The notes under the pieces were generated by a model that was not told the DNA's origin, ran no database searches, and worked only from the letters and a program-made list of their open reading frames with translations. From NCBI RefSeq assembly GCF_964355755.1, contig NC_092678.1:24011365-24075364 (forward strand): DNA of 64,000 bases, given 5' to 3'. The stretch comes from Antedon mediterranea (Eukaryota; Animalia; Echinodermata). Positions 12,817 to 37,045 of this stretch are shown piece by piece. The position numbers and the translations under genes were made by a program. Each line of letters opens with the position of its first letter. Within the stretch, counting starts at the first letter, position 1.

Positions 12817-14479
12817 AAGGAAAGTTAAATCGCAAATAGAGTAGTAACTGAATTGGCCCGTCGCAGTCTTTCAGATGAAGAATCTACTTAAAATGATAAC
12901 TGTGTGATAACTTGAATAATACTTTAATATAGGCAATTGCAAACAGTCTTGAGAAGGATTTTGGAAAGAAACGCCTGCAAAAAATTCGAGAATCGGATAA
13001 AACGAATAACCTGTCTTCCAAAAGAATGATAGAGAGTTTGTGTCTATAAAAGTTTGAAGTATGATGAGGTTTGTAAGACAAAATAATAAATAATTGTTTA
13101 AACACTGACATTATTGCATGAAATTAAACTATTATTAATGTCAATTTATATGTCAAATAATGATTTTTTAAACACGACTCATTTTTGGACAAAACGTTGT
13201 GAGAAAAAACTGTTCTTCTATCGTTGTTTTGAAAGAAATCCATAAATGGCGTCTGGACACATTAAGTCTTCAATGTTACAATACAAAAGACGTCTGGACA
13301 CATCAAGTCTTTAATGTTTCTCTACTGTTATATAAATACAAAATTAGGAAAAAAAAGAGTCAATATTAACAAGTTTACATCTATATATACCCATAATTCC
13401 GGAATTTATGTACAATTATTTACACAAATTTAAGAAATTACTAAATTAAATACATTTTTATGATACATAATATGTAAATTTAACCGAAATTAGCTTAGTA
13501 AACGAGTGTTATGATTTCAGAAATTACCAGTGCTTGATTGGAAACAAGTACAGTGAAAATATATGCTTACAATATACAGTTAAATTCAGACACTCGATAG
13601 CGATTGAAGTGGTTTTGGGACGTTATTACGATTGTGACGTCACAACAGTACGTAGCATAGCGCATGCTCGAACACTCACCCAAGTACTAAATGGTGATAA
13701 ACATACATTATATCTAATCCACTTAAACCAATGCACCAAATTCAATATCATTCTCCAGTTAGACTAATAAATATGATTGAAAAAATAGAATTATACAAAA
13801 ACAGAATTCACTAAATTACATGGAGCTAATTATATATTCATATTAGGCATCATATTACTATAGGATGATATGCAAATGTGACCTCGACTTGACCTCGTTA
13901 TCATCGGTGTGCGCACGTGATATTTTGTTCTGAATAAGTAATATCACATTAATGCCTAATCTACTTATCGCGATCCGAAGTTCAGGGGAGTTATAGGTGA
14001 TCTAATCTACGATAAGCGCTGCCCATTCATGGGTCTACTGTTTATCACATTCTTTTATTTACAGAAGGTCTGGGACTTTATAAAAAGAAATGTGTTGATA
14101 TGTGAACGGAATGCGACATACACATTTACGAGTTGCGCAAAGCGTGAATACGTTTGATTAATATCATGTGATGCATCCGATTGACATTCCACGAATCAGA
14201 TATCAAAATAAAAAAATTTGTTAAAACTAATCTTTTAAAAAAAATGGAAATAAAAAACCAGTCAAATAAAATTTATCTATTCTACAATTCTAGGGTATAG
14301 AAACGCATATCAATAAATAATATATATCTAACTACTGTATTACTCCTATGGACATGTATAATATAATACTGATTGTAAAGTGAGGGCAGTATCTATTACG
14401 GCATTTCGTTAATAACGTGACATGAGCCCTTGTCTATTTCACATCTTTAGATTTATAACAATAATTAAATATAATTTCT

Positions 14480-14593
14480 GCTCTGTCTACACAAACACAA
14501 TTTATGTGACAAAAATAATCGATGGCATCAAATCACTACCATATTTGGGCACATGACACTTTTTTGTGAAACTTTGATAGTGTAGACAGAGCT
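14480..14593. mobile_element. MITE family A (PIF/Harbinger-like)
   Basis: TIR GCTCTGTCTACAC...GTGTAGACAGAGCT; core TCACTACCATATTTGGGCACAT. Confidence 0.75.
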
Positions 14594-14627
14594 TTAAACT
14601 TATATGTTAAGATATATGTTGATGCAA

Positions 14628-14815
14628 ACCACGTTGAACCATGGCGGATTGCTCCAGGGTTCAACTAAACTAAACACCAGGTTGAACCATGGCGGATTGC
14701 TCCAAGGTTCAACTAAACTAAACACCAGGTTGAACCATGTCGGATTCATCCAGGGTTCAACTTAACACCAGGTTGAACCATGGCGGATTCCTCCAGGGTG
14801 CAACTAAACTAAACA
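14628..14815. repeat. Tandem repeat, 4 copies of 43-48 bp, each with an internal hairpin
   Basis: Unit CACCAGGTTGAACCATGGCGGATT(G/C)CTCCAGGGTTCAACTAAACTAAA; GTTGAACC pairs with GGTTCAAC. Confidence 0.85.
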
Positions 14816-15644
14816 TGTAAATACATACTGGTTATGTTCCACCACACCTAAAGTATTTACAAACTGTACACGACTAATTGTAACGTTTTTGTAGCATGTT
14901 GGAATATACAATCACACACATATTTAAAACTTGTAGTCAACCTCTCTAAGAGAACCCTTCAAAATGCTAAAGTAAAAGATTATAAGTTACTCTCTGAAAT
15001 ACATTTGATCGCTTGGGTAAAGAGCAGACATCAATCGCAAAGAAAACTAGTGTACTGATAAGTCATCTCCAGGACATACAGTACCAGAAGGGCGACTAGT
15101 AAGTAAAAGAATATTTTCTGAAAATTCAGTTGAACAGTACTGTAGAGAAACTGCTATTTATAATTTTACTAGACAATTTCACAATGAGGTGAAGTGCCAA
15201 ACTACACAGCTTCTGAGAATGTACAGAAGGTAGGAATCTAAACATATTTTCAGCCCCAAAAACAAAGTATAGCATGCAGAAATAGTAGAACACACCTAGC
15301 ACACAAATAGCAACAACTTGATATGTTTGTAAATGCTGTGCATATAACAGTTAAGGGTTGATGTAGGCATTGATTTTAAGTATATAAAGTATACATACAT
15401 TTTGTTATGATTACTAACACATAGCCTCGCTATCAGAGTACTGAGCAGTAAATATTATTTTAAAGAAAATGTTCTATATTCACCAAGGTATCTTCCTAAA
15501 AATGAATTCTTTTATAATTACAAACGTATATTTACAAACTATTATTTGACAATAAATCAAATAAACTTTCCCTGATTTGTTTTTTAAAAAAATGTCCAAA
15601 AAAATAAATAAAAGTACTTAATATTAGCAATTATCTAGACTTTC

Positions 15645-16400
15645 CCTTTCTTATGTATACTTTTCCCCTTTTCAGCTCCGGCTTTCCCCATTTTCAACAT
15701 TCCCTTTTTCCATTTTCAGCATTATTTTTCAATATTCAGCTTCCATTTTTCGATTTTCATCGTTCTTTTTTCATGTTTCCAATTTTTCATTTTCATCATT
15801 TCCTTTTTTCCATTTTCAACTTTCCCATTTTTCTATTTTCACCATCCATTCCTTTTTTACATTTTTAGCATTTCCATTTATCAATTTTCAGCTTTTCCCA
15901 TTTTCAACATTCTCATTTTTCCATTTTCACCATCCCTTTTTTCCATTTTTAGCGTTCCAGTTTCCACAATCCCCTTTTACCATTTTCAAGATCCCTTTTT
16001 TCAATTTTTAGCGTTCCCATTTTCACCAAACCTTTCTTTCCATTTTCAGTATCCCTTTTTTCCATTTTCAGTGTTCCCATTTTTATCATCCTTTTTTCCA
16101 CTTTCAGCATTCCCATTTTTATCATCCCTTTTTCCATTTTCAGCGTTCCCATTTTCCATTTTCAGCGTTCCCATTTTCACCATCCCTTTTTCCATTTTCA
16201 GCGTTCCCATTTTCCATTTTCAGCGTTCCCATTTTCACCATCCCTTTTTCCATTTTCAGCATTCCCATTTTTATCATCCCTTTTTCCATTTTCAGCGTTC
16301 CCATTTTCACCATCCCTTTTTCCATTGTCAGAGATCCCATTTTTCCATTTTCACCATCCCTTTTTTCCACACAACTTCCATACCATCTTTCCCACTTTTC
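15645..16400. repeat. Polypyrimidine/polypurine minisatellite (20- and 39-bp units) just downstream of the KDM7 stop codon
   Basis: Repeats of TTCCATTTTCAGCGTTCCCATTTTCACCATCCCTTTT, decaying leftwards. Confidence 0.9.
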
Positions 16401-16419
16401 AGATTTCAGTAAACGCTTT

Positions 16420-26983
<10,564 letters not shown>

Positions 26984-27745
26984 TTCCAAACAAAAGGCTG
27001 AACAACGCGATGAAAATCGCTTCCAGAACCAAACAACTCTATTTGGCGTATTTTAACAAATGTTTAATATGTTAGGCTGCCTAATTTAAATAGGCATTAA
27101 GGCTAACATTACTAGGCCTACATTGTTATGTTTAACTCTAATTATTTATATTTGATTTCTGTAATAATAATGATGACAAGAATTCAAGCCTTTTAATTTT
27201 TTAATTAGTTTCTCTTTTTATTCATCATACGGCTACCTAGGTACAAAACGTAAAACTGTATAGCGTTTTTACGACAGCCCCGCGTGAGTTTACGTTTAGG
27301 ACATTTTTTGGCTGCGGTTTCGTTTTCCGCAATTCGTAGTTGCACCTGTTCTCACAATCAAATCTCGTTCTTTTCGATATTGAATACTTCAGACATAGAC
27401 ATTTCCGTGGACCGTTCACCCAAGGCCTACCTCCATGGTCCACCAAAGAATGGATTTATAGGCTACACTGCAAATTATATAGGCCTCTAATGTATAGTAA
27501 TAAAAGAACAAACATTTAGAATTAAATAAATTGTCTCACTGTTAATGTTCGATATCACAAGAGATAAAAGCAAAGATTGAGGGGAGGAGCGATCAGCGGA
27601 GGATGACGCGACATTGCGTTAACGACATTGGCCAATATACCACAATAGGCCTATAATAGGCCTTATAACGGAAAACCATTTTCCATTCATGAATGCATTT
27701 GAATCAAAACTGCATAAGTGTAGTTGCCGTTGGAAAGGAAACACT
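26984..27745. promoter_or_regulatory. Probable bidirectional promoter between KDM7 (-) and laccase A (+)
   Basis: The divergent ATGs are ~760 bp apart and the region is locally CpG-richer. A palindromic double CCAAT box (ATTGGCCAAT, 27627-27636) is conserved in the duplicate at 39054-39063. Confidence 0.55.
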
Positions 27746-30700
27746 ATGAATTTATTTGTCTTAATCGTTGTCAGTTTACAAGTGTGCGTACCAGGTAAGA
27801 GATTATCAATAAGTTGATTTAAAATATCAATCAATCACTGACTCACAGTCTGTACTTAGAAAATAAAATGTGATGATGAAAATATTGTGAAAAAAGTCAA
27901 ACTTTTAGAATACTATTCGTGGGATCAATTCTGAAAAGCTTTCCGAATTGCGCGGAAAACGTCTAGACAAATCGATTAGTTTTCTATAATTATAATAAAC
28001 TTTCGATATATAGGCCTATGCAATGTTTTTATGGACAATTTTCAAAGATTCGGCGGACCATGACAGAGTTTAGGACTGGCTACGTCTTACTCAATGTTAC
28101 TGTACACAAGTATAAGTCTATTATCTTGTTACGGGAAAATGAACACTGATGCAAATTTATCCCACTTTTGCCTGAGTTAAGCTTGGTTCCCACTAGAACG
28201 TAACGCAAGGACGTAAACGCAACGCAAGCGTTTTAACCAATGACAAGCAAAGTTATAGACAGTTAGCAATCACAAGCGAATAAGCCATCGCTTGTGATTG
28301 GTCAATTCACTTGCGTTGCGTTACGTCCTTGCGTTGCGTCGCTAGTGGGAACCACGCTTTAGGAAAAGTTAAAAATAATTCGCAAAAAAAGAGAGACGAC
28401 TCAGACAATAATTATTAAAGTTCGGTTTCCAATAGAGACGCAGCACAACGGAAGCACTTTGACCAATTACAAGCGATGTGGATTTTATTTAGAACTGTCG
28501 CTTGTCATTATATTGGCCAAACTCGCTTGTGCATTGCGCGTTGTTACGGCCTTGCGTTGTGCGTCTCTGTGAGAACCAAGCATAAAGCTTGGTTCCCACT
28601 AGAAAGTACGTAAGGAAAGGACGTAAACGCAACGCAAGCGTTTTAACCAATGACAAGCGAAGTTATAGACAGTTAGCAACACAAGCGAATAAGCCATCGC
28701 TTGTGATTGGTTAAAACGCTTGCGTTGCGTTTACGTCCTTGCGTTACGTTCTTGTGGGAACCAAGCTTAAAGGAAGTATGCTTTCTTATAAAAGGCAATG
28801 TAAAATGTCCCCTATAGGCATACTTTACCAACCTTCTAATATGCCTACCTATACATCGTTTACGAATATATAAAGAGCAAACAAACTTTTGAAAGTTTGT
28901 TTTCTATTCAATACTTTCTGAGAATAATCTATAAGTACACAGGGACCACTGTGTCATGCAATATTTATTGTTGTTGAAGTTATTCCAAATAGTTACCGTA
29001 ATTGTAGGTGTTAGCTTGTGTGTAGAGGTATTTGGTGATTATCTTACGGCTATTATGATTGCCTTTGTTTTCTATGTAGGTAAATTTCGCTTCACCCGCC
29101 TTAGGCTTTTAACAATATTTCCCTTAACTTTCCCAGAGATATTGATATTAAGAACTTAGAATGTAGAGAAGTTGTTATTGAAAGTATTTATTCAAGCGCA
29201 ATTAAAGAATTCATGGCGATTTAATTTACCAATGAGCTAGATTTTTGGGAAATGTTATTTATTTTATTATTTTCAGTTCTTCAATATTACTAAACACTAT
29301 ATTGTCAATTATTATTTTTAGTTATACTACTTAAGAGCCATTGTCTGTAAGAATCAAAGAAATATCAAAAAGAGTGGCAGACTCAAAAAAATGGATTTCT
29401 TTCAAATTTTGCACATGGCTATATATGTGTTGAGAGAAATCAAATATGAAGTATTTTTTATTTCACACGTATATTTCCATGGCAACGGCCAAATTTGTGT
29501 TTTTGACAAATTTTGTCCTTTTTTAAGGTTTTTTAAAATGGATATTGGTACTACTTTGATGAACGATATTTTTGTGTTGTTCATTTAATTATAAAAAATA
29601 ATTATTGTATGCATAATAACAATGCATTGTGTACCTGTTTAAAATTTTTTTATTTTTTTTTATTTCATACCTTGGGAGATACCATTTATTTAAAAAGGGG
29701 TGTTTTTCACTTTTTAAAAATTGTTCAATGCAACTAAACTTTACTTTACCATAACGCCCAAAGTGGTGTATTTTTTTAGCTGATTTATTACAAATAGGTA
29801 TTTCTAATGTTTAGTAATTGATTTCTAAAATAAAATACTGGGGTAAATTTAAAATCTACAAGCAGTGTTGCGAGAAACATAGGCATTTTTATAAAAAAAA
29901 AAACATGGTATATTAGTAAAAACATTTTATTTTCTTTGATTATTTGATTTGAAACTCATTGGTCAGAAAAATTCTTAATGTTTTATATAGTTCTAGTTGT
30001 GTTGTGAGAAAAGAAATTAATTTTTAATTATAGATTCTGTAATTCCCAGTTTTAATGTCATTTTATAGGTTATATCCTCTGGAAATTTGAATAAATTATC
30101 AGATCGTTGTTAATTTTAATCTTTGCAACAGATTACTCCTCTTTTATTTTGAAGCTCCTCTTTCATTTGTTTACTTCTTTTATTTGCTAACCTAAGCAGA
30201 TCCCACATGCCCATCTACTACCACTTTCGACTACCACCTCCCCCCCCCCCCCCATCCTGACTATAACCACAAAAAGATAAACTGCAACACTTTGGTCGAT
30301 CATCCACTATAGAGTGTCAAATGCATGCATTCAAGCACCACCCACACTGCCGCTACTATCGCCCCAATGAATAGACGGATTCAAACTCCTCCATCCCATC
30401 CCCTCCCCCTTTCTCCAAGCCCCCACCCACCCCAAGTTAAAAATTGCAATGCAAAAGATAGGACATAAAGCTAAGTTTTTAGACCCTCGCCTTCAACCCC
30501 CTAACTATTTAAAAGTCCTGGATCCACCACTTTCCCCTCCCCAAAATAGAACCAATCAAAAGTCAATGATATACTCAGGTATGTTAATGCTACATAACAA
30601 ATATTGAAGCCCTGATTTGAAATTTCATTTCATTTAAGGTCAGCATGTAAAATATCACACTTTATTATTAAATAATTCTATATTTTTTTTACTGTGATGG

Positions 30701-33700
30701 TTGGATTCAGTATTAATTATTAATTAATAATTATCTGATAATTATTTAATTTCCCTTGGTTATGCATATCAACAGTTACTATGGTAACTAAAAATGAGAT
30801 ATTCTTTAGATTTTGCATATTTATCTCATACAAATTTAAATTTGTAGATTATTAGCAGGCATGCCTTATTTGCATTTTCAAATTACCGTTTCACAAGGTC
30901 ATATTCGTAAGCACTTTCCTCTGTGATTATTTTTATTCATGAAAACCCCATATTTTATTTACAGCGGCCACCTCCCTTAACGGACGCACTTTGAAAAGCC
31001 TGTTTGTTCTTCCTATCTAATTAGTGCATTGGTGCTTACCGTAAGCAGCTGCGGGCACCTTTTTATACTAAAAATGAGATTTTTTGTAAGCGGCCAATCG
31101 AAAAATGCGATACTTATTGCATGGACCTATGAATTAGAGGTGCATGTTTATTGTATTTCTTTATATATTAGCTTTATTTTGAAGAGGTTTTAAAAACATT
31201 ACTGTGAAGAGATGAGAAAACTACACAGATTTTGACCGACCATTTTTCATATGATAAAAGTTTTTAAAATTTGTCTGAAAATGCTAAAAAATACTAAACC
31301 ACCTGATTATAAATAATAATAGGCCTACAATTAGCTGGAAAATTTAGAGGCTCGTTTCGTTAACAATATCGTATATAGCCATAATAAGTGATTTTGGCCC
31401 TTTAACGTAAGGGGTCACCGCCCGTAAGCGGCCACTTTTCCAGGTCCCGAGGGTGGTCACTTACGGGAGGTTCAACTGTATTTAAGTTGGTGTGCTGAGT
31501 GTGTAGAAACATGGCAATGGGAGCTCTCTAAACAAGCTATTGGACCTCCGCTTATTTCTTCATATTTTTCATTTTATATGCTATAAATTAAATTATGAAC
31601 TACCTTTTGATATCTATCTTCAGTACACTATAATTATTATTATCGCTCACCAACCTTCGTCATAATGTTTCCATTCAAATGCATGAATGCAAATATTATG
31701 AATACTATGTTGCACTGGTGGTACGTAACAAATTATATATAATTGTTTTCAGGTAGAAAAAGTGATAAACCGTATAATATAACATTTGTTAAAGCTACAC
31801 CTTTACAACGGTGGTGGCACACGTTCATACAGGGTGCGTTCTTAAAATATATATATATACAAACAGATACAATATTTTTAAAAAAATGTAATTTAAAGCA
31901 AAATATACCTAAATTGTCTGGAAGACAATGGTTTTTGGTTGAAATTAACCATTTCTTTTGTCTTTTTATAAGTGAAATAATTATTTTTGATGATTTTTTT
32001 TCTACAGAAGTGAATAACTTTATTAAAACCGTGAAATTGCCTATTCAAAATCTGATTTTATTAATCTTTATTTTTTCATGTTTTTGGGGGACAATACATC
32101 TTTAATTATTCTCATTTTAGGTAAATTGACAAGGATAACCACAAGTGAATTAATTCACTAACCTTCTCAAAGGTGGCAATCCCGTTCACAAGACTAACAT
32201 ATACTAATATATACAAGATGCTCTACATAAACAAAGACTTATTACAAGTCTTTGGGAGTGGAGTTGCAAATAATAATAATACAGTATTATTATCCTATAT
32301 GCTTGATCAAACAATGAAACGGTGTTGTCACGGATTATGTGTTAGACTATTCAAGCATTGTCACGTAACTCTGTCATATTCAATACATTACCTGGGCATG
32401 GTTAATTAGAGAACCGTTTTTAGGTGAAATGTTCGTAAAGTATAAGCATACCGATTTTTAAATTTGTCTTTAAGCAAGATAGTTTCTCTAACATTAGTTT
32501 TTCTTTGAGAGATTGCGCTTTAATATGTGATCTTTGTTGTTTTTTTTTTGTTCAATTTTATTTAATTTCATTTCACCTTCTTTTCTTTCGAATTCAAAAC
32601 AATATATTAAAAACAGTACAGGAATGTATTCAGGGTAGCAAAAAAAAAGTAACCAATTATTATTTTTCACAGGCTGTAGTGGCCACTTAGAATTGTGTGT
32701 TTTAGGAAGTGTCTCAAAGACTCACAAACACAACATTATACATCATGACTGTGCTACAGTATTAACATTTTACATAGCATCTAACATTACGAATCTGATG
32801 GAGAGATCCACCCGGTAATAACCACGAATGTCGTTCCATTCTCTTTTAGCGCTAAATGCAGAAGTGATATACGAAGGTGAAGACTGTAAACGTGAGTGTA
32901 CTGGTGAGAAAGTCACCTGTAAATTCACATTTCAGGTAGAATGGTTCACCTCTATGTCAAAGGAATGTGGTGACTGCCCCACTAACATCAATGACTGCAA
33001 ACAGAAAGACTGTATTCCATTAGATGGTGGCGCAAGAGCAGTGATGGTTGTCAATCGGCAAATACCCGGTCCGTCAATACAAGTATGTTATTTTTTTCAT
33101 AAAAGGTCAAAGGACATACTCCATCTACATACAGAGATGATGTTAAGATCAGGAAAAACATAAACAAAACAGCAATCTCTGTTTCAAAGAAAGATTGTCA
33201 TTATGATGATGATTAATTAAGATGATAAAATAAGAGAAAGATTATGAATATATTTTGTATGAAGAATGTAAGTAAAGATGATTAAATCAATCAAATTTCA
33301 CCAAAAAAAGACCCAAAGAAAGATGATCAGCGTAGGAAATATGTACCGTACTTAATTAATAATTTAAATTAATTTGCAAGATTAATTATGCAATAGTCCA
33401 AAAAAACGACCGTTCAATAATGATTTTGAACGGGAAAGAATTCATTATTTAAATAATCGTGCTGATTAATGATTATGATTTATTTCCTTAAAGGCTTGTG
33501 AAAATGATACTATAGAAGTCACAGTTGTCAATCGACTAGATAACTCAGAAGGATTGTCCATTCATTGGCATGGTCTCCACGCAAAAGGCACTCCATACAT
33601 GGATGGAATCTCCATGTTAACACAGTGTCCAATTCCCTCGCAAGCTTCATTCTTGTATTCCTTCGAGGCTTATCCAGCAGGTACCCATTGGTGGCATAGT

Positions 33701-35978
33701 CACTCAGGGATGCAGAGAGCAGACGGGTTATTTGGCTCTCTTATCGTAAGAAAACCAGAATCAGACGAGTTTTACAGATACGACCACGAACACGTGTTAC
33801 TAGTTAACGACTGGTTTCATGATTTGACAATTGCGAAGTTTGCAGGAAACCAGTATGGTAAAGGTAGTAATAAAGCCGATACTATTCTCATCAACGGGAA
33901 AGGGATAATTACCAACCCAGAAAATGGATTGGATAGTACAACAAGAGAGATATTCACCGTTGAATATGGCAAGATATACAGATTTCGAACCATCAGCGGT
34001 GCAATTACTGATTGTGGTCTAAAAGTATCTGTAGATGATCACAAGATATATATGATAGCATCGGACGGAGCAGCAATTGATGCCCAAGAAACGGATTCAT
34101 TTATCACCTACGCAGGGGAGCGTTTTGATTTCTTGTTAAATGCTACAAAAGACAGGAAGAATTATTGGTTAAGAGTTCAAGGTGTCGAATCGGGATGTAG
34201 GGGAAAGTCCCAACTTGCAATAATACAGTATGCTGGCCAAGACGAAAGTAGCGCAAACCAACTTCCTAACACACATCAAACAATGGATGGTACTACTGTG
34301 AACACGCTTGAAAATAATATTGAAAAGAAAGATATAAGCATTAGAAATTTGACGTCACGAGGTAAGATGTGGCTGCCAATATATCTAAAAGAAAACTCTT
34401 TCAAGACATCAATTATGGAAATGAAGAATTTTTAAATTACTACAAATATTAAAATACAACTTCATTTATGTAAGAACGTATTTGTCCAGAATAGTAAATT
34501 GTTTCTATTGGATTCTTCTTTTTTTTTTTTACAGAAGATGATGACATGGCCTTTTCAGAGGAAGCAGATGAAACATATTACATCGGCATGGATTTTGGCA
34601 AAATAATGGGGACACCGCCACAACTTGACAGTATTAGCTTTAGCTTACCTCCCTCGCCGCCGCTCAGTCAGTATGAAGATATACCAGAAGGAACATTCTG
34701 TGATGAAGAAACGTTCAGCAAGAACTGCTCAACTCAATTATGCCGATGTACACGAACTATTGGTGTAGGACTCGATAATGTAAGTACTTTAACAGTCGAT
34801 TCTACTACTGTATATTGTCAGGAGACGCTATACAATATCCCATGGGATGAATTTTGCTATCACAAGACACAATACTGAGGGATGTTTATTGTCGCTAGAC
34901 ATGGTACTGTACATGCATAGGATAGTGCAGTACCATGTATAAGAACGGGATTAGGCTCCTGTTTTAAATCCAATTCGTTTCATATTTCATATTAGTTGGT
35001 ATAGGCCTCTTTTTTGTATTAATGAATTTTTTAGGAAGGGAGGGGGGAAGAGTACTTGATTTGGCTCATTTTCCGACTGATGTCTTGTTCAACGTTACAG
35101 GTTGTTGAGTTTGTAGTGGTGAACGAAGGGCAACAGTTTAATACTAGTCATCCAATGCATTTGCATGGTCATTTCTTCCGAGTGATTGGCTTTGAAAAAA
35201 TAGGAGAAGAAACCAGTGTTGAGCAGATCAAAGAAATGGATAGACAGGGTAACAATACATACAAACAATCAACCTTTCCTAAGATCTAAAGGTTACTGAA
35301 TGCCCTCGTTACAGCTGTGCTTCCTAGATTTTACCAGGAAACATTCCCGTCATTGAACCGTTCCATAATATCATTGCTTTTTGTTTGTTCTTCACGTATC
35401 ACATGACCGTTTCCCATAGTAAGACTTTTGCTCGTATACATAAAATCCGCGTAACAATCTTTCATTTTTTTTTCTAAAGGACTTTTACCACGTGAGGCTC
35501 ACTTATCCCTGAAGAAAGACACTGTAATTGTTCCTGATGGCGGGTACGTGATTCTCCGTTTCCATGCCAACAACCCTGGATGGTGGTTCTTTCATTGTCA
35601 TTTGGAATTTCATGTTGAGGTAAACTTATTTAATTGAAATTTGTTTTATTTTAAATTATAGAAAAAAATGCAATCGATTTAACAACTCTCTATATATCGC
35701 GCGACTCATGAAAAGATGAGTTCATGATCTAAGACGGACAGGGCCGAATACTATAATATTATAAAGTTCTGTAATATGAAATGTGTTTTTATTTGTAGCT
35801 GGGCATGGCACTGATAGTACGAGTTGGTGAACAATCGGATCTTCCTCCTGTGCCGAACGACTTTTATAAATGTGGGAACTTTCTGAACATCCCAGGAAGC
35901 GTGAACTGTGGTCATTTTGTTTCGAGCTTCAACATCTCTTTTGTCATAATGATGTCTTTGATTCTTTTTTTTATTTAG
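27746..35978 (+). CDS. Laccase-type multicopper oxidase, copy A; signal peptide and predicted GPI-anchor signal
   Basis: Exons 27746-27794 ([16 protein letters not shown], joining ALNA|EVIY), 32850-33082, 33494-34361, 34535-34779, 35101-35248, 35480-35619, 35799-35978. Cu motifs [17 protein letters not shown] and [12 protein letters not shown] (Met axial ligand). Cys-rich N-terminus. Ends ...[27 protein letters not shown]. Confidence 0.92.
28180..28767. mobile_element. Cluster of three family B MITEs (28180-28358, ~28419-28582, 28586-28767)
   Basis: TIR AGCTTGGTTCCCACTAG with long palindromic arms. TSDs are TTA (28177-28179 / 28359-28361) and TAA (28583-28585 / 28768-28770). Confidence 0.85.
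30961..31479. mobile_element. Tc1/mariner-like non-autonomous element, in laccase A intron 1 only
   Basis: TA|CAG...ACCTCCCTTAA at the left end and CTTACGGGAGGTTCAACTG|TA at the right end (imperfect TIR); internal repeats of CGTAAGCGGCCAC. Confidence 0.55.
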
Positions 35979-36599
35979 CTGGACTGGGATCATTATATTA
36001 CCCGTATACAGTTACAATTATTATACATGCTACATTAATATGCTAGTTGGGTGGTGGTTGATAGTCAATATTGTTTCCAACATTTTAAAGTCATTATCAT
36101 TATTCATTCAGCAATATATTGTCGTATTAAATTGAATTACAATCCATAACCTTTGACTGAAGAAGACGACAAAGATGTCTGTGAAAACACATCATTGACT
36201 AAACATTGTTTTATGCTACCAAGCTACAACCTTTTTAGTATATTGTATATGTACTTTATTTGATTAATTTTGGGTAATTTAATTTAGGCTACCTTATTAA
36301 AGATATACCGTTATGGTATTTTGATACTCAGGTAACAAGTTTTTTTACTAGACCAAATAGATTAAAATTAATCAAATCATAATATAAACTGTTTTTTAAA
36401 AAAATATTTCAATAAAAACAGTTACGCTCGCTGAGAATTTTAATTGTCAAACAATTGAGCAAAACATTTCTTCAATTTTACAGTAGGCGAATTATTTCAA
36501 TGCAAAATCATGTTTGTCAAATGCCCATTTACCGCCAGGAAATTTCAATTTGTTGCAAAGAGCGACATGGATTATTTCATTTGATGTACAATATTCAAG

Positions 36600-36722
36600 T
36601 ACCTTAATTTTCATTATTTGTTCTTTTTTGTTCTTTTTTCCACTACTAGTTTGTTTTATATTCATATTATCAGCTTCATCACTGTAACTTTGTTTTACTT
36701 CTTGGTTTTTGTCAGGTATTGT
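36600..36722 (-). pseudogene. Orphan fragment of the POLR1G last exon at the duplication junction
   Basis: Translates QEVKQSYSDEADNMNIKQTSSGKKNKKE, matching QEVKQETYSDEADNSNIKQTSSGKKKRKK at ~46890-46980. Confidence 0.8.
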
Positions 36723-37045
36723 CAAATACAGTTATAAACTGTATTTGGCGTATATTTAAAATATATTTATTAAAAATGTTAAATTACGGAAATAATTTAC
36801 AGGCTGCATAAGCCTAAGGCTAAAACTACTAGGCCTACTTTGTTATGCTACTACATAGTGATTATTATTTATTTGATTTCTGTAATAATGATGACAACAA
36901 TTTAAAAAGTCATAATTTAATTAGGCCTCTCCTCTAATAATAAGCCTTTAAATGTTGAAATAGTTTCTCTTTTTATTCAATACGGAATAGGCTAAGTAAT
37001 AAAATGTAAACACACAATAATAAAATAAATTGTCACACTGTTAAT

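Noticed and set aside
12807-12825. AGTAACTAAAAGGA at the SLC26 stop codon matching the minisatellite seed
   Set aside because: A single 14-bp A-rich match; probably coincidental.
15653-16412. Phe/His-rich and MEK-repeat ORFs
   Set aside because: Translations of the low-complexity 3'-UTR repeat.
28956-29159. Hydrophobic [13 protein letters not shown]... as the laccase A signal-peptide exon
   Set aside because: The paralogous sequence at ~40186 is deleted and out of phase. Exon 27746-27794 has a consensus donor, the correct phase, and is conserved in both copies.
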